A stretch of DNA of 60,725 nucleotides, filler included, from Sphacelaria rigidula (GCA_964200075.2; 7 parts of 7 records of this genome joined end to end with filler, not necessarily neighbours in it), one strand, 5' to 3'. Positions 12,001 through 25,516 are shown, counted from the whole stretch's first letter. The notes: a model not told the origin generated them from the sequence alone. Numbers and translations are program-made.

Positions 12001-14647
12001 CAGCCAGTACTGCGAAGAGGGCTACCGAGGACCATGTAAGACAAAACCTTCCGGCGTCTTGCGCAGTGACTTAGGATGTCGGCGGTAGCTGCTGCTAGGG
12101 CCCGAAAACACACTGACACAGCTACTCAACCACGCTGTTCTCGTCCGTATGTAGTAGAGGTCTCCGACTCGCGACCCTCTCGCGATTGGGGTGTGACATT
12201 GTTAATAAACTTGTCTGAGGGCTCGGGCAAAAGGGAGGGCGGGGGCGTACTCATTAGTCGCTTGCCCTAGTCGTTTGACCGCTGACCAAACTGCAAAGGC
12301 GAGGAGGGGGGAGATTATTCACAGGATATTGACAATCCCACAGATCTGAGGCGCATGTTGTCCAACGGTGCACACCCGCTTCTCTCTCCTATGCATGCAG
12401 ACTGTGCTGTATGCGAAGAGAGCTATGCGTCCGGATACCAGTACAGCTGCTCCAGATGCGTCGGTAAAAACAAGCGAACAGCTATGGGTGAGCCCTGTCA
12501 CTGCTACGTCTAGGCCAGAGTTACGAAGGTCGATATAGTTTATCCACCGGTAGCGTGTCTGGCTTTCGAAACGCCTCCATCGCCCGTTGGCGGTTGACAG
12601 TTCCCCGCTAGTTCTATTGGCGTGGTCAGGTTCTGAAACGTTCGAGTCAACACATATATCGGCGGTCGGCCCTCAAGAGGGATGCGCGGGTGCCATCATT
12701 CGCCTCGGTGCATGAGATTTTGGAAGCAGTGGCCAGAAGAAGGGGAACGAATACTTTTCCATTCTCTCAACGGTGATGGCCTTTGTTTCCCTCGCTCTCG
12801 TGGGCCAGGACAACTCAGCTGTCATGCGCCCACGAAGTTGTCACATATTATGTACCCACGGTTGTCTCCGGAAGTGAAAGTACATAAAGTAATTCGAATC
12901 CGTCTGCCATATTCAAAGATGCGCCTAGGATTTCAAACACACTGAGGGGGGTGAAGCTCACTCTTCGTGCGACTCTCGTAAACACCCCACGGCGCTTGGC
13001 GGGTGATGCGATGCCTACTAACCTGACCCGTCGGATTCCTGGCGTGCCCCGTCGCGTCGTAGGGGATGTGAGGTCCATCATTTAACGACTACGGCATGCA
13101 TGATCATGAGCACACCCCCTCTCCTCGCTCTCGCCCGCCCCCTCACATCGCGCGGCGTCATCGATCGATACAGGCATATCAATAGCTCTATTTGTAGTGG
13201 CGCTTTTTGGTATCGCCCTGGTGATCGCGGATCTCACCCGGGTGGTGGATCAAAACAATATTGACACGGCATCCACATGGCAGAAGAAGCTCACTTCTCT
13301 CAGAGATTGGATCGCCAACATTATTCCGCTCAGGTCGATCAAGATCGTCGTGGTCGCATGGCAGATTGTGACCCAGGTGAACGAGAGGATGGTGAAGAAA
13401 TAGTTCGTGGACTATTTGTTTTCAGAAGGCGGCGACACTAGCTCATGACTCGTGCTCGTCATACCGTTTGTCTCAGACGCTACACCACCGAACCTTGAAG
13501 TAACACATCGTCTAAATCGTCCCGTCTGTTTCAGCGTTTCAATCTGATATTCGACAGCGATTCGAATTTTGCCGAAATGCTCTGACTCGGGCATCGATCC
13601 TTCCCTTCGTTTCTCTCGATCGTTCTAAATGCCCCAAAACAGTTTTCTTCGGTGGTGAACGTGATGTATCCCGATGTGTACGAGAGGTTTCTGTCCACGC
13701 TGAACCTGGTGAACCTCAATCTGGGCTTTATCCTATCCGTCTCATGCATTGTCGACACCAATTTTTACGGCCGGCTTTTATTCGTCACAATCGGACCGCT
13801 AGTTGTTTTGGGACTTCTACGAGGGACGTACGCCGTGTCCATGTCACGGAATCAGGGCTCTGAGACGGGGATCCAAGCTGCCAAACATAAGCATATGTCG
13901 ATCGCGCTCCTTCTCGCGTTCTTCATCTACTCTTCGGTGTCCTTCACCATATTCCAAACGTTTGTTTGCGAGACGCTGGACAACGGGGTGGAGTACCTGC
14001 GGGAAGACTACAGCCTCACCTGCTCGACAGGCATCCACACGGCGATGCAGGTGTACGCTGGTCTGATGATTTTAGTGTACCCAGTTGGTATCCCGGCTTT
14101 TTTCGGTTGGTGGCTCGTTTCCAACCGACACGACCTCGCGATAGTTGGATCAACCGGCAACGCCCTAGACCCGCGAGACGCGCTGGACCATCTTCAGCCC
14201 ATGCGGGATCTGTGGGCTCCTTACAAGCCTCATCGTTACTATTACGAAGTAATTGAGTGCGGTCGCCGGATAGTATTGACAGGGCTGGCCGTATTTCTGA
14301 TGCCCGAGAGCTCGGCGCAGGTAGCGATTGAGGTGGTGCTTGCTGCTGTCTTCATCGGGGTATCGGACACGCTTTCGCCTTTTTCGGACCTCTCGGATGC
14401 CTGGCTGTATCGTTGCGGCAATTGGGTTGTTTTCTTTTCCATGTATCTGTCTCTGCTGTTGAAAGTCGATGCTTCGGATGAGGACAGTCAAAGCCAAGTG
14501 GTGTTCGCAAAGGTGCTGATCGCGGCGCATGCTTGCATGGTTTTGATGGTAGTGGTCCAGGCCGTGATCTCGGTAAGAACAAGCGCTGTTTCCGTGCGGG
14601 AACAGCCGGTTACTATTCAAAGCGTCCGAGTCGCCAGGTTTGCATAG
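9083..14647 (+). CDS. 5'-partial adhesin-like / polymorphic-membrane-protein (GGA/FxxN) repeat, Cys-rich, multi-pass TM receptor-like gene; exons 9083-9259, 9566-9771, 11464-11577, 11855-12035, 12401-12487, 13174-13376, 13643-14647
   Basis: All six introns are GT-AG with consistent phases (1,0,0,1,1,0). Translation gives FERNKAVDGGA, FEENLAEGSGGA and FVGNRAGDAG repeats. These are followed by LDRGYYR...CEEGYRGPYCAVCEESY and a hydrophobic C-terminus with IKIVVVAWQIVTQ, IFQTFVC, YLREDYSLTC, YPVGIP and WAPYKP..YYYEVIECGRR. The first acceptor (9082) is less certain. Confidence 0.88.
10263..10443. mobile_element. TGT...ACA telomere-repeat MITE, copy in an intron of the adhesin-like gene
   Basis: Aligns by eye over its length with 36502-36712. 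Flanked by ACAC on both sides. Confidence 0.82.
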
Positions 14648-15494
14648 GTGTGCGATGGGGCGTCTAACGTTGATACAAAGGACGGATCAGAGTCGAAATG
14701 GTCGACAGAAGCAGGTGAAACCGTTGCGGAGCCGCAATATCAGGATGAACGTTGAGGATTTTTCGTCAGTAAAACACCATGCTTGAAAAGGGGGTATGAG
14801 ACGTTCCTGCTAGTTTGATCTAATGACTCACTGGGATCATATTATAGTACTGTTTATATTCTGGGGAAGCCATTGAGGACACTCGGTCGCAGATTTCATC
14901 GTTGTGTTGGGCTTTTCGGGATGTTTTTCATTAGTACTCCAACAGGAATAATCCCCCCCCCTCTCCCGCCGTGCTTCTGTGGTTTTCATACCGTATTGAA
15001 ATACTCGTAAATAGCCTCCGCTTAGCTCTTCTGGTTTGGGTTCTGAGGAGCCTATGTGATGATGAATCTGACTGCATAGTGACATAAAAGAACATGTGCC
15101 CTTGTTCGTGTGCTCCTTCGTAGTCTCTTTCAAGGATAGCCGTGATGAATAGTGCGGGTGGAGCACAGCACACGGGGACTTGTCTCCCTGGTACCCGTTG
15201 GATGATCACGTCGATTTCTTTTCTGTTTGAAAAATATTCCCTAGCGCCCGAAGATATGTGTCGCTTTTTCTACGACCGGGGCATTGGCAAAAGAACAACA
15301 GAGGTGCGTTGACTAAGATAATTTTTTGCACCTCTTTTTCATCAAAATGTTTTCATGGCATACCCGGGGGATGTTGGAGGGCGGGCATCGTTGGTATTTT
15401 ATTCACAGGTGCCCACTGGGGTGCCTGGAGGTGGCATTTTGGACCCTCCAGACCCTCCGCAAGGTATGTACCCGCGGAGGGTCAGAACGTTGAC

Positions 15495-15870
15495 GTCGCC
15501 AGGGTATAGGTTGGAACCCATTACAGGTTGCAGACATTATCAAGTCCAGTGCACCATCGTAGTGGCCACTGGGGTGCCTGGAACGTGACTGAGCAGATGT
15601 TCCACACGTTCCGCAACGTACCTTGCCGGGCAAGGTCGGGGACGTGACGTTGCCACACGTTGCCGGGGTATACGCTATAACCCATCACATGTTGCCGGCA
15701 TGTTCAACGCAAGTATGCCATCGCCGTGGCCACTTGGGTGCCTGGAACTTACCTGAATAGATGTTCCATACGTTCTGCAACGCACCTTGCCGGGCAAGGT
15801 CGGGGACGTGACGTTGCCACACGTTGCCAGGGTATACGTTAGAGCCCACTACAGGTTGCACGCACGTTGA
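15495..15870. repeat. 164-bp tandem repeat, ~2.3 units
   Basis: CCTTGCCGGGCAAGGTCGGGGACGTGACGTTGCCACACGTTGCC at 15621 and 15785. Confidence 0.85.
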
Positions 15871-17280
15871 AGGCAGGTGTACAAGTTACGGGCGCGACTG
15901 ATTTTCGAACTCCAAAACAGAAGGGACGGGGGGGCGGGGGGGTGGGGTGTACTCATAATCTTCCATGCCGTGGTGGGGGGTGAGGCAAGGGGGGAAGGGG
16001 GTAGTCATGATCTTGCATGCCGTAGTCATACGAGCTGGGCCAGCGTTGGTACGGGTTGAAGCTCTCGAGGCACTATGTATCATCGAGACAGCCGACTTGG
16101 CCGTGATCTGCATATATCGCATTAACCGTCGAATGAAGGAAAAGGTGCCCATCTGCTCGAAAGTCTGGGTCATTTTTATTTCGTTGATTACAATCCATGT
16201 GTAGTAATTCGTACGAGCTGGGCTAGACTAGGAGCGGATTTGGAGTTTACAGGCGAATTCGCAATTTTCTACCTATAAAGTTGAACCCGGAAATTTAGTA
16301 TGGACGATCAACAGGTCATGAAATGTAAAATGTGCGGTGTTCCATTTTTTTTCTTTCATGAGTTAAGGGTATTTTACTTGAACCCGAATACTGTTGATTG
16401 CCCTTAAGTGAGGAAAACAAAAAAGAATGGAATCCCGCACATTTTTTTCATGCCCTTTGATTATCCATACCAAATTACAGGGTCCAACTCTAAGTGGAAA
16501 ACTGCGAATTCGCCTACAAGTACCGGAGACGGTGGTTATTCGGAACAGTATCCTGCAGGATGTTCACTGGCCCACGTTTGGTGTTTGTGTATCGAAACTT
16601 TGTGCGGGACCTCGCTAGGTCATTGTGCACCAACGGATATGGATGAGGTTGGTTTTCCATTTTGTTTTTCACTGGTTTAGGGCGTTTGAGTATGGTAACG
16701 ACTATTCTTTGCGAGAACACCCGAACTTCTTCCCCCCCAAAAAACAATTGAAGGCCCATATATGTACATGTATCACCTCACATTCTCCACCACTTTTGCC
16801 GAGTTTTCTCTGGCAGCAAGGCATTCGTTCCCGCGCTTCTTTTTGCAGTGCACGAAGAAGGCGCAGCGGTACATCACCGTTCAGGTTTAGGCGCATGTGA
16901 TACCTGTGGCGCGTGTTCTGGCCACCGAAAGTTTTTCGCGGAGTGTCCATCCCGAACCACAAAAGCCTCTTCAAGATGATGGAAAACCTGAACCACAAAA
17001 GTCATTTCATGGCGGGGTATTTTTTCACCGTGATTTTGTTCGCGTTCTCGTTGATTTGGGAGCACGAAGACAGCAGTTGTGCAGCGGATGTCCCGAGAAC
17101 ATGAGAGCAAAGCACTTGAAAACAGTTGAACCTTGCCTTGGCCTTACTCGGCAGCAAAAACAAATTCGTGCAATGGGCCGTTGGCGAGTTGAGCAAGGAA
17201 CACACAACAGTGTTTTCGTGAGATTGAGAGTAGATGATACGATTGAGAGTGAAAAGCGGCCAATCAGGGAATGAATCGTT

Positions 17281-17380
17281 NNNNNNNNNNNNNNNNNNNN
17301 NNNNNNNNNNNNNNNNNNNNNNNNTTAATTAATTAANNNNNNNNNNNNNNNNNNNNNNNNNNNNNNNNNNNNNNNNNNNN
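17281..17380. other. Artificial contig linker (2 of 6)
   Basis: N44-TTAATTAATTAA-N44. Confidence 0.98.
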
Positions 17381-17553
17381 GGTGTTTGTGCAATGGAGCT
17401 GGTGCTTCTCGCTTAAATGTCATGCCCCCCCCCCCCCCCCCCCCCTCTCTCCTCATTTTCTATTGGCCTTGTTTTCAGGCTGCTTGATTAATGCTGTCGG
17501 CCGCGTCATTTCGTTCATTGTTTTTGTCGTTTGTTGTGACGGATGTTGATAAG

Positions 17554-20500
17554 ACGTTCGATATCTTGGGCAGAACCTTCCCCGCGGTGGCGGTGTACTT
17601 CCTCAACGTCATCATCGTCAAGGCCTTGACCGGTCTCGCCTTTCAGGTCTGTCTACCATGATTGCTTCGGATACAGTATATGATTGATTCATGGATTGTT
17701 GTACATTGAATTATCCCTTATCCCTGAGGTCATTGTCCACAAGATAAACGTGATTAAGGTTAAGAACACGTAAACACCCTCCAAGGAAAACCCGAGAAAG
17801 CGGAAGCAATAAAAGAGACATAAAAACGGAATGAAGTTAAAAAACGATAAACAAAAACAAAACAAAAAAAAGGGCCAAAGAACCCTTAGAGTGCAGTGCC
17901 AATTCCGAGAAAAAGAGTAATGAAAATCAGGGTCAGGGTCACCTGAACGAACTGGACGGCCCTGCCCTGCCGTGCGGCTTCAGATGTATTGTTTTTGTTC
18001 TTCCTCGGGCTGCACTGCATCTTGTGTCTGTTCAGATCGCTTTGTCGTCGCTGTGTCGTAATTAAATGCTCAATCCCAACGTTTTGTCCAGAACATCCCA
18101 TCCCATCAAGGAACGGAACCTCCAGACGTTGCTGCTGTGTCACTCAGTTGCGATTTGCCCACCGCTATCAATGTCGAGATCAACCAGCACGGATTGCCAA
18201 GCATCGACTAGGCGTGCGTACCTTGACCGCTACCGGCCCTTAGTACGATGTTGTCTCCTGTTTCTTCTGTATTTTGTCCTTGCCAGCTTGTTCGTGGTTG
18301 GCCTTTGATCCGGGTCATGTGGGCCCAGAGGGTGACTAACAGATCCTACGCGACGGAAAGGGAGGTCAGGTACGGTTAGCATATAGCGTAGCGTTAGAGC
18401 CAAACCCTTTTTCGGTAGTTGATACCTCTGCACTGATTTTTTCTGCTGGTTTTGGATGAAGACATTATTGACAGTTTCCTCTTCGTTTCAAGAGTTTTCC
18501 CAACACTAAGTGCAGGATTTCTCAGACCCGTGCAAGGACAAACGCCCTGGGAATGGCACGCAATATTGATCAACGCGATGTCTTTTGTGGATGTACAAGA
18601 GTGCATCAATGCAGACAGGTTCACAACATGAGTGCCATCTCAGGCAGGAGTCTCCTTCAAGCGCGCATGCACCATCAGCAGCGCTCCGTAGTGGCGTCAC
18701 ACACGCTGTGCGGTTGAGTTGTGATGAACGAAATCATATCATAGAACTGGCGCTGCATTTCGATAGTGGTGGTGTCCCGTGCCTTCAGTCAGTTACGCAT
18801 ACATACGCTGCGTGCTGCGAGCAGGACCAAATAAAAAAGTATCGGAGACAAACGCATGTTTTCGCTTTTCAGTGTTTGTTTTGAACATCCCAACACCGTT
18901 TGTACCATCGACGACCCCTTCTACTCTCTGAAAGATGCAATGCCATACGAGCTGGGCTAGCCTAAACGCTCACATTTCTCTATTAAAGTAGTACACGATA
19001 ACTTCTTCCGGTTCCCGAATTAGCCTGATGTAAATGTATCGCTGTGAATTGCACGCGGACCTCCTGATGATGCACACTCCTCCGTGGAAAAAGGTGGTTT
19101 CTGCAAAACATGTGACCTCAACGGCGGGACCGGATTCTGCTGAATTTTCAGTCGGGATTCGAACTCGTGACCTTCAACCCTCGTGGAAGCTTCCAGTCAG
19201 ATACACGACGGGGTGTAACGATGTCACACAAAGAATAGTTTCGAGCTTAAATTTTACACTTGCGTTCTACACGTCAATACGCACAAACGCGTAGACCATA
19301 GCCGAATCCATACATTATATTCACGGAGTTATGACATGTTGAGGTTTTGTCAGAGTCTTAAACTGGCTCAAATTTACCGGTGTTTTTGTTTTGTTTTTCT
19401 CTGGCTAAAGCAGCAAATTTGATGTCAATATGTCTTGGCGTCAGCATGATGCAAACGTTGTGTCAAAATTAGAGGTTCTGACTCTTGGAAGTAGGCCGTG
19501 CAAAGCTGGTCAAGCGCCAAAAAATGCTTCAAGTTGGCCCAGCTCGTGGTCCATAGAGCCAACATGTGGGTAAAATGTGGGACGCGCATAGTATTACCTA
19601 ATACTGATTTCTTGTCAGCACACGACACCACCTTCAGCAAGCACTGGTTGATGCGCCGACGACTACATGGCTAGTACCATGTGCATCGTTTGATTGACAA
19701 AACATGATGTCCAGCCTAAACCGAAGGCTGGCCACTATCTGCCTCCACTCTTCTCTCATGGTGCTGTGCGTCACCAAGCCCCGAGAATGAGGCGCTTTGT
19801 CAGTCATTGCTCCCACGCATCGTGCATGTCAGGGTTTTTTCATGATTCTGCCCCGCACAGTAAGTATATCACGTGACCGTCCCAAGAGTCAAGAGTCATT
19901 TAACGATGTGATGCATCCCACGACGGAACTGGAGCTCTCGAAACTGATGATTTTTTGCAATGTAGGTTACAGACTATAATAGCAACTGATATATTCTGCA
20001 GTGGTGTTACCATTTGGATAATGGGGTCGACTTTTGGGAGATCTATTTTCGTACGCGTTTTTTTGTTTCCTGCGCTCGGTGTCTCCTTCCACCATTTTTT
20101 TATAGACCCGTACGTAGAAGAGGCGTTTGATCCGGGGAAAAAAAGGGAATACAATAGGTTCGATAAATTCAAAACTACTATTGATATGATAGCACATGGT
20201 ATTTAGATGGTATGCACCGATGGTATCTGATATCCATATATACCGCGTTTCTTTTTTCCATCTTTTCCTCCTCTCGAGTTACCTTTGCGAGTGTTCCATT
20301 TGTTGGCTTTGGGCACATCAATCCTGGACCACGACTAACGCTAATGCTAATGCAAAATGCTAATGCTAATGCTAATGTGCGACAGTCCATCAATTAATCA
20401 ATGAAATGTACACACTTCGTTAAAAGGAGGGAGATGCGATCGCCAACAGCCCTTGCCAGGGTACGATGTCTCGCGCCATGGACATCTGTATCTATCTTAC

Positions 20501-23500
20501 AGTATCGGGGGCTCAGCGATTCCCCCGATGTCTTGTTTGATCAGACTTGGGGCCACTGGATACAGTATGTAGACTGCACGCCCTGTCCTTGTCGGTGTTG
20601 GAGCTTGTCGGCGCCGGCTTTATTCTGATCTCTTAGCAACGAACAACCTGTAAGCAGGTAGATTGTGCGTGCTCTTGATCCAAGCTGCATCGATCCACAA
20701 GAATGTATTCATGGTCATTACATTAACTCTAGCAGCACGAGGAGAACCTTCGCGAGATCCAGTCTTGCTCTTCCGCGAGAGCGTAGCGTCCTCAAATGCT
20801 ATCTTGGCATCTGCACCGTAGTATATGCTGTGCCATTTCACACAATACACGATGGGAAACTCGGGTACACGGTGGAGGGCGTACTCATTTGTTGCTTGCC
20901 TTAGTCGTTTGACCATTGACCACTGACCACGGTGGGGAGTGGGCTACTGACATAGCAGACAATTTATTGTTGTACCCGGTGTCAATCACTGCCAAATATG
21001 CTCTAGCGATGGTTCCAATATCTATCTTCCATGTTGTGACAAGAATTACTTAACCCCCACCCCCACCCCCACCCCTCCCGTCCTCTCCCCGGCACATATG
21101 TCGTCGTTTCATGTCCATGTGTGTGTTGTGTTTGGGACGCTTTTTGTTGTTGTTCTCTCTTAGGACGGGGCCATTTGGACCACAGCCCATGCTGTACGGC
21201 TGGGTGAGTGAGAAGCGTGGTCGTGCTGTTCGTGTTTGACAGTATGCTTGGTTTTATTCAATGGGTGCGACAGGATGATGCTACACGTGCTTTCGCCTTG
21301 TGGCATTTGTGGTGCGGTAGATGTCTGTTTCTGCAGCAGTGTCAGCCGCCAGCGGGTTCCGTTTTTTCTCGAGTATATATTTATCAAATGAACATGTAGA
21401 TGACGGTCATTCTTCATCGTAGTGAACGTTATAGTTCACGTAGTAGCGCGCGTAATGCCTACACGAAGCCCCTGGAAAATGACATGTCGTGGTCTGGAGC
21501 GTGACGATGTCGACGACCCTTCAAGGCGCTCAAGGGCAACACGCACACACAATGCATGCTGCCTCTGCACATCCTTCATGCCGTAATCGTTTCCTCGACA
21601 AGGTGTACCCCACGTTACTGCTGGTGCTTGTGGTGTGCTTCATCTACGCTGTGATCAGCCCGTTCATCATGCCCGCGGGGGCTGTCTTCTTCAGCTTGGC
21701 TTACGTCGTGTACAAGCACCAGGTGTGATGCGTACCGTTGATGTTTCACTACGGAACACAAACACCCACAGGAAGGAAGCAGTGCTCAACAGTGTTTCTG
21801 TGGAGATCAGTGTGCCTGTGGAGAACAAATCTCCATTTGAAGTCATTCAGTTTGATTATCGTATGACTTAGTGGTGTTTGTATGCATGCGTGTATGTATG
21901 TAAACATATTTTTGCACAGGTAACCTACAAGAGGATCAATTGCTCATACCCAGCTCACAGAAAATGCTGCCCACGAAAGATATGTACCATACTGTCGTCA
22001 CAAGAAAAGCTCGACGTGTCACTGATGGGTAATTTCGTGAGTGTGTAAGGACAGAAGGATAGGGGTATCAAAACCTGCTTACGGCTATCACCTACAGCTA
22101 AAGCTACAGTGACCATACAGTAAATCAAAAACACTGCGACAGGAAGTAATGCACGAACGGTACCGTACACTTTACACTTCACACTTTACACTTTAGACAG
22201 GGAGGGTTCTGGGAGTGAGCATGACGCACGCGTTTGTGGCAATAAGCATGGCCCTTTTTTTCTAACTCTTGGCAATGGTCTAGCCAGCAGCTGTACTTCC
22301 ATGCTGTCTGTAGATGTCTTCTCCGTGCAAACTCCCTCGGGATGGTTGATTCCCGAACTGTATTTCCATGCTGTATGCATCATCTCGCTCGCGGCCGCCC
22401 TCTTGTTGCTTCAATATATCAAGGTTACAGTCGAAAAATGTTTTTTCCCAAGTGTATGTGTAAAAGGAGAACTCAAGAAATGTTTTTTTTCTTTCCAAGT
22501 GTATGCGTAAAAGGAGAACTCCTGTGAGCCCTACTATATCCTCCCCTGCCCCACTTCGGCTTGATGCAGGTGCTCTACGTTTACGTTCCCAAGTACGAGA
22601 GCGGCGGAGTGTTTTGGTTCAGGTGGGTCAGTCAGTAGCAATGCATTTCGTAGAAGAGCAACGCCTGCAGTTAATCGTCCGCGCGCCAAACACGATCGAC
22701 CTGGTTGACTTAAGTAAACTGCCTTTTGTGTTGCAGTATTCTTTCGAATTTTGTCATAGTTTGCGCTTTTCCCCCTCATACAATTTGGGGGTAGGGAATG
22801 GATGACCTTATGAATCACCCGTTCTAAAACAGCGCGGCCCGTCGTGCGTCTGAGCGCAGTCGCGGTAGCCTCGCCTCACCCAATCCCGCGCAGCAGCAGA
22901 CGTGCGCACCCACGCTTACTCTATGCTTATACGCCGCCGTAACCGACGCCGTGTCGACAGGAACTCAGGATCAACGGCGTTGGGCTAATTATGAACAAAC
23001 GTACTCCCCGCGTGGTCCACGTGCTAGGTAGGGTAAAGACGGTGATTATATCGACACGCCGCATACCGCCGTATCGACGTGTCGACACTCAACCAACCAG
23101 CGTTGTGAGCGCGACAGGCGCAAAACAAAATGAAATGGTATGAATTCCTTCATCATGCCCTTCTCACGATCATGGTGTGTACACTGATACCGCGAGATGC
23201 ACCGGCTAACACTGGCTAACACTGGCTAACACTGGCTAACACTGGCTAAAAATGTACAAACAACGCAAGGAACACTGGCTGACACTGACTCATCAACAGC
23301 ACACTAGCGTGCCAAATCGCGCAATGAAACGATCTTTGCCGTCCCACTTCCGCTGTCGAAAGCTCCGAGCGGGTGGTCACAAGATGTGTTCGAAAATGTG
23401 TACATCAACTATACCGCCTCGGAAATCCAAGCCCTCGGTGCCAACCTGAGCGAGGGAAGCCCGGGATCCCCGGGGACAAGACCTCGGTAACGGTGACGGT

Positions 23501-24730
23501 GACGGTGACGGTGACGGTGACGGTAACAGTACTATGCGACTAACGAACACCACAGTAGTATGCCACTAACGAGCGGGCGGGTGGGAAAATACAACGGTCA
23601 AAGCAAACGCATTAACAAACGGTATACGTCATTTTATGTTAGTCGAGAGCAACGACCAAAGGATGTTGCAAATGCTACCGCAGCACCATCACCATTCGAA
23701 GAAGGTAGTATAACACCACCCGCCCTGAGCTTGTGCTGACGTCAACTGGCTCTAGACAAAAGATCGAGATGCTCGCAGCAGCCTGGTACCTCGGTACCCA
23801 TACTACGCCCGTCGCAATATCGCTATTTGCCAGCCTCGACTTGGTTCCTCATAAAATTAGTGTTACCACCACCCACCTCAAGTGAAGGATTTCTCTATCG
23901 TGACGGCAACGGTGACAGTTGCTCGAGCGCTGCTTTGTCGTCGTATGTATTTGATATCTTGGTCGCATTCTTGACTTGACCTGCTTTTGAGAAGCGAGCC
24001 GCATCCTTGACTGAAGGCGCTGTGAAGAAGGAAGCCCCAATCTCGGCTGAACATGTTTTTCGGGAAGCCGAAATACTCCCGTTCAGCCACAGGCTGAGAC
24101 AGCAGCAGCAGAGTTCTCACGTGAACGTCAAGCCATGTCTCTCCGATATTACGCGAGACTTATGACTTGCGTAGCGCTTGATCGTTGATTACCTGTATCC
24201 CAGCGGACACCTTTTTTCCATAATGAACGCACGAATCAAACGCATAGATTTTCTCAATGTTGTACTGATTGTACGAAGCAGGTCAGCATAGGTGATGTGT
24301 GTTGAGGTGGACTATGATCATGCGGAATCTATACTAGCCTTCATGGTACAGCTACTGTGCTGAAAACCCGCTGGTGCTGAAGTTCTGGATTACCTTCAGG
24401 TTCTGTTCATTTTGCCGTACTTTCAGGCAGGCATCGACGTCTGTTCTCGATCGTGGCTCAGGAATGACGCCCCACAGTCTACAATTTTTCCATACGCAAC
24501 TAATTGGCATGCTGTCTCTTTGTTCGACTTTCCTTGACTTTTCCTTGTGTATGTTACTTGCTGTCGCGGTGTTGGCGTAACAGTGTGTATCCCCGTGTGC
24601 TGGTGGGGCTGGGTCTAGCTCAGCTGACGCTAGCCGCCTTCGTGTTCATCAAGGCCGGCTACTACCCCGGCATTTGCCTCATGCCCCTCCCCGTGATGGT
24701 GTACCGCTACGGCAACAGGAGCTACAAGAG
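17554..24730 (+). CDS. Partial OSCA/TMEM63/ERD4 (CSC1-like) calcium-permeable mechanosensitive channel gene; exons 17554-17646, 18287-18369, 21164-21203, 21603-21722, 22570-22622, 24584-24730
   Basis: Spliced translation: ILGRTFPAVAVYFLNVIIVKALTGLAFQ/LVRGWPLIRV...EVR/TGPFGPQPMLYGW/VYPTLLLVLVVCFIYAVISPFIMPAGAVFFSLAYVVYKHQ/VLYVYVPKYESGGVFWFS/VYPRVLVGLGLAQLTL. The YA.ISP and YK.Q.LYVY...YESGG.FW motifs are typical of the RSN1_7TM domain. Intron phases are consistent (0,2,0,0,2). Confidence 0.92.
19073..19213 (-). mobile_element. Possible second tRNA-headed SINE in an OSCA intron
   Basis: Minus strand CCCCGTCGTGTA...GAGTTCGAATCCCG, a canonical B-box. No complete cloverleaf. Confidence 0.4.
23204..23249. 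repeat. 10-bp tandem repeat (GGCTAACACT) x ~4.5
   Basis: Read directly. A (GACGGT)n run lies nearby at ~23490-23525. Confidence 0.9.
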
Positions 24731-24969
24731 GTTAGTCGCAGAAAAATGGTCGGATGCGGGGGAGACTCTTTTTTTGTTGTTTTAAGCGGGCAGTGGAGGT
24801 TTGGTGGGTAGTATGGACGTTCCGCGGGCAGTGTATGTTTTACTTGTGGCGCATTGTGTGCAGTGTGTGCTCATTTTCATGTCATCATCGGGAATTGTCC
24901 TTTCGTATGCCTCTCCCGCTTTTGGATACTTCTCCAACGTCCCCACTTTTAGCTGCTGTCGCTGAAATA

Positions 24970-25516
24970 CAGTAGTGGGCGGTCTAACTATTCATTTTGT
25001 GGCATTTCGTGATTTTTCCGTAATTGGCGATTTTCTTGGACTCTTTTCGCGTGCCACCGCTTATCACATTGGAGATCTAAAGGTAATTGTGTCCGCTCCA
25101 TATTCCAAGAAAAAAAAACATTGGTACCCGATATTGAGTGACTTACGGGCTGACCGGTCATCGGGGGTCCTGTCACGTTTCAGCCCAGATTTTTACTCTC
25201 CGGCATTTTCGGTCGATCAAGTGACTGCCCTGATTGTATTTGTGAAGAAATGTACATTTTTTTTCGAAATTCTACCTACTCATTGCACTAGAGCCGAAAA
25301 ACTGTGTTTCACGGTCAATAACACCCTCCTGATAAACTGGGTATTTACTCGTATCGCCCGATAACACCAACTAACACCGACTTGGGTAGTGTTTTTCAAG
25401 GATGGGCTGTTTATTGTACCAAAATCTACCGACGCTAGCAATGTCGAGTTCTATCGAAGAGTAGTACGCGAGGAAAACCCCAAAACACCCCTGAATAGTT
25501 AGACCGCCCACTACTG
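24970..25516. mobile_element. Tc1/mariner-type MITE (547 bp) in an OSCA intron
   Basis: Perfect 25-bp TIR CAGTAGTGGGCGGTCTAACTATTCA (24970-24994 / 25492-25516) with TA on both sides. Confidence 0.9.

Noticed and set aside
4716..14647. Propeller exons and adhesin gene as a divergent pair or one misoriented gene
   Set aside because: They lie on different contigs that are joined only by size sorting.
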